Source: a bacterium (GTDB lineage Bacteria; Electryoneota; JAOADG01). From it: DNA of 64,000 nt. A program made the position numbers and the translations under genes. Below, piece by piece: positions 40,901-48,243 of the stretch; position 1 is the first letter of the stretch; every line of letters starts with the position of its first letter. The stretch lies in assembly GCA_963681965.1 (NCBI GenBank), contig OY820579.1, positions 1,216,001 to 1,280,000 on the forward strand. Reading direction: 5' to 3'. The notes under the pieces were generated by a model that was not told the DNA's origin, searched no databases, and saw nothing but the letters and a program-made list of their open reading frames with translations.

Positions 40901-42773
40901 TTTTCCGCCTTGGGACTGGGAACTGCGAGGTTCCAATGCCGAACGGATGGACTGGGAACCATACCGCGACTCGGTTGAGCAGTATAGCGCGGCAGTTTTC
41001 CGCTGTTACGAGGACAATATTGGAAATCGCGCGGGTGAACTGGTTTCGCCACCCATGGAGCTAGGGGAAGCGGCGGCAATCCGACTCACATTTCAGATCA
41101 GTTATACGCCGCGTGCAATATCCGGCAACGATTCCTTGATTGTGTATGCGTTCGACAACGTCCTCTATACCCGGACACCATTGATCACTCTGGCGACGAA
41201 TGGTTCCGGATTAGATGGACTGACTGGTGGTAGCGGTGGTACACCGGGAATGCCCGCTCCGCGATCGACTTGGCGGACGATCGAAAAGACTTTCCTAGCG
41301 AATCAACTTCCAATCAGTTCATTCCAATTTGAGATTTATGCCAAGAGTGCGCAGGGGTCAAACATCTACTTTTCAGAACTTGGTGTCTATCGGGACTATC
41401 CTCCCGGTTCACCCAGTAACGCTTATGTGGACAATCGGTTCGATACGCGCCTGCGAGTGAGTTGGGTCGATCAATCGTATAACGAGACCTCATTTATTTT
41501 AAATTACTCAACCGACAATTCTACTTGGTCACCGGACTTCTCCGTTGCAGCCAATGAAACTACGCATACTTTCAATTCACTGCAGGCGGCGCAGCAATAT
41601 TATTTCCGCATTCGCGCCGATCTCAATGGTCTCTCGTCGGAAACCTTCGCCGCGGCTTCCGGTTGGACGCTGCCCTCAATTCCGAATAATCCCATGAGTC
41701 GCTTTGCCGGTTGCATGACCGTCACAATCCAGCCGGTGAACAGCCTCGCAGTACCTAATTCATCACTAGCCGAGTATAACATCCAGGAACTGACTACCAA
41801 CAGATTTGTTCAAAGCGATGGAACGCTGGGAATGACAGCAGTATGGCAAACACTGGAACAGTGGACTGATTCAGTTGTGGTGCGTGATCTATTCGCATAC
41901 AATAGTTATCAATTTGCTACTTCGGCGCGTAATCCCAATGGCGATGTTGCGGCAATGCCATCCGTACCGCTGACGATGATGACGCGACCATTGTTCCAGT
42001 TACCGCTTAGCCGTGATTTCAGTACCGATGAATTTCCACCACCGCTATGGGAAATTGAAAACCCGAATGATCTCATCGGCTGGGAACGACTCACCGGTTT
42101 CAATTGCAACAACGGTGTTGCAATAATTGAGCAATATCATAATTCGGAACTCGGAGATCGTGATATCCTCTGGACACCGTTTATTAATATGACCACTGCC
42201 GACAGTGCGCAATTTTCGTTTCGGTGGTCCTACACACGCTGGCTAAACTTTAACGATTCACTCCAAGTGATTGTTCAGGATCAATACGGTGTGTCTTGGA
42301 TATTGTTAACGATGTCGGCTTTGGGTAGTGGAGCAGACTCGCTTCCGTCTGGATTTGGTGGTAGCGCGCAATTACCGGCGAATGCAGGCACGTGGCGGCA
42401 AGCGGTAATCAATATCCCGCCTGGAATTTTCGCACAGCGTTATTTACGGTTCGGAATTGTTGCAATCAGTCAGTACGGAGCAAACATTTACATCGACGAC
42501 ATCGCTGTTGATCCGATGCTGCAGCAATCACCCGGCGAGCCAACGAATGTTACGATTTCATACACCAATCCGAATGCTGTTATTTACTGGCAGGCACCTT
42601 CGTTTGGGACAGTAACCGGTTATCGCATCTACCGCAGTAACACTGGTTATTTCACTCCACCAAGTGTTGGCACTTTAATCGGTGCAACGACAGCTACAGT
42701 TCATGAATTTACCATTACAAATGTGAGAGGGCAGTATTACTATCGTGTGACTTCAATCAACGGAACACCTTGA
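37917..42773 (+). CDS. Secreted S8 (subtilisin-like) serine protease with FN3 and adhesin-like domains
   Basis: Catalytic motifs IDTGVD, GHGTHVCG, AAAGND, SGTSMACP; signal peptide and prodomain; no YPNPFN tail. Confidence 0.9.
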   Translation: MRLSISIYLAMLLISQPLASTLKPGIDYMPNLIEFKLTAEFNRTVNKASDGHINYPTGNKSIDVMMQKYNIKQLKPIFTFDPISLKSEHFWALGMDRYYLFRSGLSKPSAFGSETVLDVSTALKSLTSLIEEADPAAIYQPCYTPNDWTIQSNPYSPGDPMWGLDSMHCPQAWDYWRGDPNSNPVLVVTIDTGVDLYHEDLVANFKVNTAEDLNHNGRYDENDLNGIDDDGNGFVDDVVGYDFVDNDTYWLSGVQNVPGEDYSPRDGTPMDFNGHGTHVCGTVAAHTDNTVGVPSASYSVNTIAVRAALACRLNGTNNLTARFVSSDVAPAIQYAVNRGARVLSLSFGGSSTSHAQEVALGYAHHQGNCLPFAAAGNDNTSNSTYPADYPEVLKVAALSFGNVKADYSNYSSNVAVCAPGDVILSTTVRNSYNVNNGYGLSSGTSMACPNAAAVAGFILSMVPTLDHDTLGVVMMRTGHDPSQWNNSSYNGMLGKLVDAAAAIRSLRPLGLTSPVYDSLTLTVGNALVLQWTSVPSITTTRVEINRNYPTGAWQVICGNAPNTGSAVWIVDGIAGDHMRFRVLDADNPSQNGDTTRVDSRVMAQRQLPLIENFSLHSFPPPGWTIVPTPEILLSGWSRYDGNNGNNGVASCPTNYSVRRRYELWSQSFSTIGVSAVTVRFKLSCSLSGNDQLDDSLMIAYEANPQLPYQVAAVKRTRGTGDEWIFYGTGGDVNTPASSDWGTWEVQLPNFATQSSSVRIGLLGTNYRTDRPNFFIDDFEVQPFALVVGPSMCWYTALTGNSVSLAWDNLSNNETGFLVQRSTDGVNFVTRGTTNPNVTSFTDNTLIPGTMYYYRVFALSGTMQSTRSAALTLTSPPAIPLAPILGNVGTTMLELTPRNAANNANNPGIGYMIYVLDDQNNWWVQGDNTLGYTPVALQLSEWGTRRITGLTPGHTVQIGVHATTTDHVSSAMSPTVTAQLVTAWNPPLVQNFGTTDFPPWDWELRGSNAERMDWEPYRDSVEQYSAAVFRCYEDNIGNRAGELVSPPMELGEAAAIRLTFQISYTPRAISGNDSLIVYAFDNVLYTRTPLITLATNGSGLDGLTGGSGGTPGMPAPRSTWRTIEKTFLANQLPISSFQFEIYAKSAQGSNIYFSELGVYRDYPPGSPSNAYVDNRFDTRLRVSWVDQSYNETSFILNYSTDNSTWSPDFSVAANETTHTFNSLQAAQQYYFRIRADLNGLSSETFAAASGWTLPSIPNNPMSRFAGCMTVTIQPVNSLAVPNSSLAEYNIQELTTNRFVQSDGTLGMTAVWQTLEQWTDSVVVRDLFAYNSYQFATSARNPNGDVAAMPSVPLTMMTRPLFQLPLSRDFSTDEFPPPLWEIENPNDLIGWERLTGFNCNNGVAIIEQYHNSELGDRDILWTPFINMTTADSAQFSFRWSYTRWLNFNDSLQVIVQDQYGVSWILLTMSALGSGADSLPSGFGGSAQLPANAGTWRQAVINIPPGIFAQRYLRFGIVAISQYGANIYIDDIAVDPMLQQSPGEPTNVTISYTNPNAVIYWQAPSFGTVTGYRIYRSNTGYFTPPSVGTLIGATTATVHEFTITNVRGQYYYRVTSINGTP

Positions 42774-42954
42774 GGATTGCGCTATATTCGAATAGCAGAA
42801 AATTAATTTTACCTTTTGTCATTTGAATCAATGACGAATTGATAATCTCAAGCGAGAGTAATAGCTTCGTTAGAAGCTCGATGGTTATATCGGATGATAA
42901 CCGTCTTGAATACGATAGCGATGAAGTAATAAAATACCGCTATTCGTGAATTTT

Positions 42955-42990
42955 CGCCCGTTTCGCTATTGCGAAGCGGGCGTCTTATTT
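42955..42990. terminator. Probable intrinsic terminator
   Basis: cgcccgtttcgc TATT gcgaagcgggcg followed by tcttattt. Confidence 0.6.
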
Positions 42991-43310
42991 CAACCACAAA
43001 AAGAAATCATCAGATATTGAATTAATATTGTCACTCTTACCATCTATGTCAGGCAGTGGACGTTTCTGACATCCACTTCCATTTTGCACCGCTAACACCA
43101 ATGAGGGTAACAGAATGGTTTACCGAACGATCACGATACCCATAGTTACCACTCGGTAGATTACTTACATTCTAAATGCGATCCGAAAATCTGACTGTTC
43201 GATCTGAAGCAGATAAGCTCTACACAGTTGTTAACAGTAGGAAGGTAAAGAAGGTTCGACTCATGAGTAGCTCCCTTCGGGTTTGTTAGAATTTCTATCA
43301 GCGATTATTC

Positions 43311-43491
43311 TCATTTAAGAAGAATCATTTTTTTTGTTACAGTATCGTGAGCCGTTTTTAATTGGTAAAAATATGTGCCCGATGAAAGCGATTTACCATC
43401 AACTAAACATACATATCTGCCCGGTTTAAAAAATTTATTGAAGACATTTTTCACTTCTCGACCCTGTAAATTGTAAATATTCAAACTGACG
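43311..43491 (-). pseudogene. 3' remnant of a secretion-tail protein truncated at the IS3 end
   Basis: VSLNIYNLQGREV...LSSGTYFYQL...TKKMILLK is a partial secretion tail; it abuts the IS inverted repeat at 43492. Confidence 0.85.
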
Positions 43492-43525
43492 TGATCTGCC
43501 CCCATTATTTGTACCAGTGTCTATG

Positions 43526-44401
43526 TCACACTGGTCTCATTCCTGCGTAGCGTAGCGGAGCAGGAATGAGTGGTAACTCTGTTTCCGGTGCCGGCGGCAG
43601 ATAGCCCAAAGAGCTGTGCGGTCGAATCGTATTGTAATGGTGCCGCCATTGTTCGATAATCACCTTTGCTTCCAATATGGTATCAAAGATTTCACCCTTC
43701 AGCAACAGTTTCAACCGACAGTTAAAACTTTCGATGTATCCGTTTTCCCACGGGCTGCCAGGCGTAATAAACAAGGGTTGCACATCAACCCGGGGCAGCC
43801 ACGCTAGTACCTCATTCGCCGTAAACTCAGGGCCATTGTCACTACGAACATGAATCGGTGTACCTCGTACTACAAACAGTTCTTCCAGTACGCAAAGAAC
43901 ATCATCCGCCTTGATCTTCCGGGCTACCAGGATCGCAAGGCATTCCCGGGTGTATTCGTCCATGATCGCAAAGATCTTGAACGAACGACCATTCGACGTA
44001 TGCCACGTGACAAAGTCGAAGCTCCAGACATGATCCGGATGTTCCGGACGTAGACGGATGCAGGAACCATCATTCAGCCACAGTCTTCGACGCTTCTTCT
44101 GCTTCTTCGGGACCTTCAGTCCGGACTGTCGCCAGATCCGTTCCACCCGTTTGTGGTTTACCCGCCAGCCGATGTTACGGATCATCGCCGTTACGATCCG
44201 GTAGCCATACCCGCCATACTGGCAAGCCAGAAATACCACCAGCGAGACCAACGGGCCTTCGTCGGCACGACGAAGCGGTGCATACCGGTGACTCGTTCGT
44301 GGTTCGCAAAGAACCGTACAGACCCGTCGTTCCGAGACCCGATCAATGCCCAGCGAATGGCGAACAGTAAGCGCAGTCTCGCGACGCTTCGCCGGGCACA
44401 C
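43526..44401 (-). CDS. IS3 OrfB DDE transposase (probably fused to OrfA by -1 frameshift)
   Basis: YGYRIV, WSFDF, DEYTRECL, RSDNGPEF, PGSPWENGYIESFN, RPHSSLGY. Confidence 0.93.
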   Translation of the reverse strand: MCPAKRRETALTVRHSLGIDRVSERRVCTVLCEPRTSHRYAPLRRADEGPLVSLVVFLACQYGGYGYRIVTAMIRNIGWRVNHKRVERIWRQSGLKVPKKQKKRRRLWLNDGSCIRLRPEHPDHVWSFDFVTWHTSNGRSFKIFAIMDEYTRECLAILVARKIKADDVLCVLEELFVVRGTPIHVRSDNGPEFTANEVLAWLPRVDVQPLFITPGSPWENGYIESFNCRLKLLLKGEIFDTILEAKVIIEQWRHHYNTIRPHSSLGYLPPAPETELPLIPAPLRYAGMRPV

Positions 44402-44676
44402 TATTTTCCCTTGAGAGCCTCCTGCAGGATCTCTTTGTCCAAGGTCAGATCAGATACGACCTTCCGAAGACGGCCATTCTCGCGTTCCAGTTCCTTCAAA
44501 CGCTTCGCCTGATCCAGCTTCAAACCACCGTATTCCTTGCGCCAGTGGTAGTAAGTATGTTCCTGGATGCCCAACTTCCGGCAAACTTCACGGACGCTCA
44601 TCCCCTTCCCAATCTCAACTTCCGCTTCACGAAGCATCGGGATAATCTGCTCCGCAGTTCGCTTCACTCCACGCAT
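44401..44676 (-). CDS. IS3 OrfA (HTH)
   Basis: EQIIPMLREAE...TYYHWRKEYGG...RLKELERENGRL; ends in a GGGAAAA slippery site followed by a GCCCGGCGAA...TTCGCTGGGC hairpin. Confidence 0.92.
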   Translation of the reverse strand: MRGVKRTAEQIIPMLREAEVEIGKGMSVREVCRKLGIQEHTYYHWRKEYGGLKLDQAKRLKELERENGRLRKVVSDLTLDKEILQEALKGK

Positions 44677-44766
44677 GAAAACCTCCCATAAAAGGTACTA
44701 CTCTGACATAGAGAGTGGTACTACTTTCGGGGGCTAGATCAATGAAAGAAAAAAGAGCAATACAAA

Positions 44767-45426
44767 ATGATGAAATCCAGTAAAGACATGGGCTCCAATA
44801 AAAAAAACTGCGCAAACAAGCCCGCGCTACCGGTTTCAGTTTCGAATACGCAAGGAAGCGTAAATGAGAAGCAGACGTTGAATGGTGCTGTGATCTGTGG
44901 TGTGGTTTCGAAGAAAGGAAGCCCATGCAGCCGACCAGCAATGGCGAACGGACGTTGCCGTTTTCATGGTGGAAAGTTGATCGGTGCAATCATGGTTCGA
45001 CCTGGAAATCGCAATGCTGTCAAGCATGGTGCATTTCTGCCTGATATCCAAGACGAGCGCGAACAGAATGCGTTCGATCTGTTCCTGTCTGATCTGTACG
45101 AAGTCTTCCCGGATTTGAACAAAGCAAGCGATCTCCGGCATGCGCAGCTCGCTGCCATTACCTATATCCGTTTGCTACGTGCGCTTTGGGGCGAAGCGTC
45201 AAGCTCTACGATAGACGATCTATCCCGAGCGTTCACGCGGCACCTGGCGGCAATACGGGTAAACCGTGACCAACGAGTGAGCGAGACCGATGCCCACGCA
45301 GGTCCGAGATCGCCTGCCGAATATGCGGTCGAGATCATTCAGCAGGTTCGGATGTATTCGAAGGGGGGCGCTGCTCCAGTTTCAATCGATCCAGTTTTAC
45401 TCGGGTTGGACGTAGAAAATGACTGA
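44767..45426 (+). CDS. HGGxSTG-domain protein, probable small terminase-like
   Basis: CGVVSKKGSPCSRPAMANGRCRFHGGK...GNRNAVKHG motif. Confidence 0.65.
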   Translation: MMKSSKDMGSNKKNCANKPALPVSVSNTQGSVNEKQTLNGAVICGVVSKKGSPCSRPAMANGRCRFHGGKLIGAIMVRPGNRNAVKHGAFLPDIQDEREQNAFDLFLSDLYEVFPDLNKASDLRHAQLAAITYIRLLRALWGEASSSTIDDLSRAFTRHLAAIRVNRDQRVSETDAHAGPRSPAEYAVEIIQQVRMYSKGGAAPVSIDPVLLGLDVEND

Positions 45427-45451
45427 GATGCTTCAGGGGCTAAAGTGTCAT

Positions 45452-45529
45452 AATCCTATCGCTTACGTTTTCAAAGCGATAGGATTGAATGATTCTAATC
45501 AGGATTATAATAATCTGGATTATAATCTT
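45452..45529. repeat. Cluster of inverted and tandem repeats (candidate recombination or binding site)
   Basis: aatcctatcgctt-N9-aagcgataggatt; tandem taatc(a/t)ggattataa x2; gattataat-N7-attataatc. Confidence 0.55.
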
Positions 45530-46105
45530 TCAGCACACAAGCGTGCCAGGTGGGCTGGTCAGAATAGCCAAATCAAGTGTCGCCAGAAAAACGGAAAATA
45601 CCCATCGCAGAACATCGCAAATTCGCTTCGAGAAATCGAGACTTACGATCTAACTCGTGAATTTGTCAGCACTGAATCGGTATTCTACGATTGTGATCCG
45701 CTCGGGTTGGCAGCTGCGTCGTCGTGGAGTTCTGTTCAAATTCCAACGTGTGTCTGCTGTGTCCAGAACGTGTCAGAAGGTCGCTCTGATCGAAAATACA
45801 AAGACTTAGCAGATTTGCTGGTATGTCACTACGGCGAATGTGTTCAAACGGCAAATGTGGAATATGGAAATAATTATGGATCGAACAGCACAACTCGCGA
45901 TAAATCAAAGAGTTGGCGATCTGTTCGAATATGTTCTGTCACCGCAGTGAAGCTTCGTCGGCCCAAGGTCTGGATCGTTCAATCGCAACCACAAAACGCA
46001 ACCGGCAAAGCTCGAAGCGAAAAACGCAGGGTAGCCCCAAAGGGGGTGTCTGGCACGGTATTAGGGTCGAAAATCCGAGTCACCAGTGAAACTCAGGTTC
46101 GAAAC

Positions 46106-46330
46106 TCAGTGGGCGAGCTTCTTCAGCGTTTCCTCATGCTCTTTCCTCAGCTGTTTCGTTGCGCTGGCAACCCTTTTATCGTGGCTCCGATGCACTGGTC
46201 TGATTATCAGCTCGGTTCCATTGGTGGTTACATCCAACACAGAATCTTCGTCGATTTTCAGTATTTCGAGGATGGGACGCTCAATCACAAGTACCAAGTT
46301 ATCTTCGATGGAAACCAATCGCTTACGCAT
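46106..46330 (-). CDS. AbrB/MazE-like DNA-binding (antitoxin-type) protein
   Basis: MRKRLVSIEDNLVLVIERPILEILKIDEDSVLDVTTNGTELIIRP fits a swapped-hairpin pattern. Confidence 0.7.
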   Translation of the reverse strand: MRKRLVSIEDNLVLVIERPILEILKIDEDSVLDVTTNGTELIIRPVHRSHDKRVASATKQLRKEHEETLKKLAH

Positions 46331-46402
46331 GTGAAGCACCTTCTTAGACTTGCGGATTGCTCTTTTCACCTTTGGTATAGTCCTTATCAATTGTTACTGG
46401 AG

Positions 46403-47614
46403 TTACAGCGCCCCAAAAGGCACAGCCAGATTTCCATTCCCCAATGGTATGATCTCATTACCGAGATGAATCACATATCCGGGCTGCGCTTGATCACCGT
46501 AAATACTGCGAAAGGTCTCGATACCCTTTGCCATTTCTGGTCGCGGGGTAGAAGTCTGTTTAATCTCTATCGGAATCAGTTTCATTCCGGATTCGATCAC
46601 GAGGTCCACTTCGTTCCCTTCCGATGTGCGCCAGAAATAAAGACGCGGCTCGAAACCTCGATGAGCATACCGGCGGTAGATTTCGCAAACGACTGCCGTT
46701 TCGACAATCGCTCCACTCATCACATTGCTCTTGGCTTGTTCTTCAGTCTGGAGTCCAGCAAGATGGCAGAGCAGTCCGGTATCGAGGACAAAAAGCTTAG
46801 GACTTTTAACCAAGCGTTTTCCAGCATTCCTGAAGTAAGGTGGCAGGATCAGAACTTGGTAGGTGGCTACCAAAATCGAAAGCCATGCCTTGATCGTGTT
46901 CAGCGATACACCGAGTTCTTTGGAGATTTCGGACAAGTTCGTGAGCTGAGAACTCCGAAGCATGATGGTTTGCAGGAAAACTTGAAACAGGTGCAGGTCA
47001 CCCAGTTGCCTGAGTATTCGGACATCCCGCTCGAGGTACGTCTGGACATAACTGTCGAACCAGAGTGCAGCATTGGCGCGTGGTCGCAAAGCAATGTCGG
47101 GATAACCACCACGCAGGATCGACCGCCAGTTGTCATTCGGAATGACTTGACCGGGCTTGAGTGCCTTCTTTCGCTCCCAAGGAAAAGTGTCATCTTCATC
47201 TTTGAGCAGTTCTTTTCTGGTGAAAGGAAACAGCCGAAGGATGGCGATACGACCCGCGAGACTTTCGGTGACGTGTTGCGACAACAGCAGATTTTGCGAT
47301 CCGGAGAGAAAGTACTGTCCCTTCAGAGCGCGGTTTTCATCAATCCGATTCTTGATGTCCGGGAGCAGTTCCGGAACATTTTGGATCTCATCGAAGATGA
47401 CTGGTGGCGAGTAACTGTCAAGAAAGCCAACGGGATCGTTCTTCGCGGCGACTTTATGCAATGGGGTGTCGAGGGACACGTACTTAGCGCTCGTCCCGAA
47501 CACATGCTTGAGCATGGTAGTTTTGCCAACCTGGCGCGGACCAGTCACGCTGACTGCGGGAAATTCTTCGGCAGCGCGAAGCAGTGTCGATTCCAATGTT
47601 CGGTGATAGTACAT
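46403..47614 (-). CDS. AAA_14 ATPase with C-terminal DUF4143 domain
   Basis: TGPRQVGKTT, IFDEIQ, ESLAGR, GGYP, TYLERD, KSPKL..LDTGL, EVDLV...IEIK. Confidence 0.92.
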   Translation of the reverse strand: MYYHRTLESTLLRAAEEFPAVSVTGPRQVGKTTMLKHVFGTSAKYVSLDTPLHKVAAKNDPVGFLDSYSPPVIFDEIQNVPELLPDIKNRIDENRALKGQYFLSGSQNLLLSQHVTESLAGRIAILRLFPFTRKELLKDEDDTFPWERKKALKPGQVIPNDNWRSILRGGYPDIALRPRANAALWFDSYVQTYLERDVRILRQLGDLHLFQVFLQTIMLRSSQLTNLSEISKELGVSLNTIKAWLSILVATYQVLILPPYFRNAGKRLVKSPKLFVLDTGLLCHLAGLQTEEQAKSNVMSGAIVETAVVCEIYRRYAHRGFEPRLYFWRTSEGNEVDLVIESGMKLIPIEIKQTSTPRPEMAKGIETFRSIYGDQAQPGYVIHLGNEIIPLGNGNLAVPFGAL

Positions 47615-47629
47615 GGTCGTTCCTTACTC

Positions 47630-47678
47630 GAAAACACCTGCAATATTGCATTTGAAATGCAATTCTGCAAGTGTTTTC
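47630..47678. promoter_or_regulatory. 49-bp palindrome just upstream of the ATPase gene (candidate operator)
   Basis: 24-bp arms, 21/24 complementary, 1-nt centre. Confidence 0.6.
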
Positions 47679-47713
47679 AGCTTGAACTCAAAATACAAAG
47701 CAGTGACAATCAC

Positions 47714-48243
47714 TTAGTTAGCGTTCGTCGTGCGGCTTTCCATCGCATCTTCCAACGACTCGTCGGTGACGTGGGCATAAATCTGCGTATGGACGATACT
47801 GCGATGCCCGAGCGCTTTCTGGACTACGAGGATATCGTGGTTCTTAGCATACAACGAAGTTGCGAAAGTGTGCCGGAGTTTGTGGGGAGTGACTTGCTTC
47901 TGGATACCTGCTCGTTTTACCCACTTCGATACAACGACTTGAAATCCCCGGGTAACCATTCGACCGTATTGCTGGTTGACGAAAAGAGCATGCATGTTGC
48001 TGTCAGGTGCGAAGTGCTTTCGTTCACCTTGGATGTATTGATCAATGGCCTCGCGTGTAATCGATGGCAGAAATTTGCGAATGGGGTTACCCCCCTTTGC
48101 TCGCTTTATGAAGAGATGTTTGTCGACAATATCTGTCAGTTCGATTTGTGCCAGTTCACCTACCCGAATTCCGGTATCGAGCAGCACTCGGATAATTGCG
48201 TAGTCCCGTTGCTGGTGAACATTGCGTGTATGATCTCGCAGAC
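47714..48243 (-). pseudogene. Tyrosine recombinase, catalytic C-terminal half only
   Basis: QRDYAIIRVLLDTGIRVGE, RAKGG, HKLRHTFAT, LGH, TQIY; recombinase-like sequence ends near 48243 with no N-terminal domain. Confidence 0.85.

Larger units (their letters stand above)
43492..44741 (-). mobile_element. IS3-family insertion sequence, 1250 bp
   Basis: Imperfect terminal IRs TGATCT-GCCCCCATTATTTGTACCAGTGTCTATGTCA and TGATCTAGCCCCCGAAAGTAGTACCACTCTCTATGTCA; TG...CA ends; no target duplication. Confidence 0.93.

Noticed and set aside
43020-43264. Minus-strand RBS plus a signal-peptide-like start (MSRTFFTFLLLTTV*)
   Set aside because: Stops after 14 codons; may be a decayed gene but the product cannot be identified
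45441-45472. dif/Xer-like site (AGTGTCATAA...TTACGTT)
   Set aside because: The spacer is 9 nt rather than 6 and the XerD-arm match is poor
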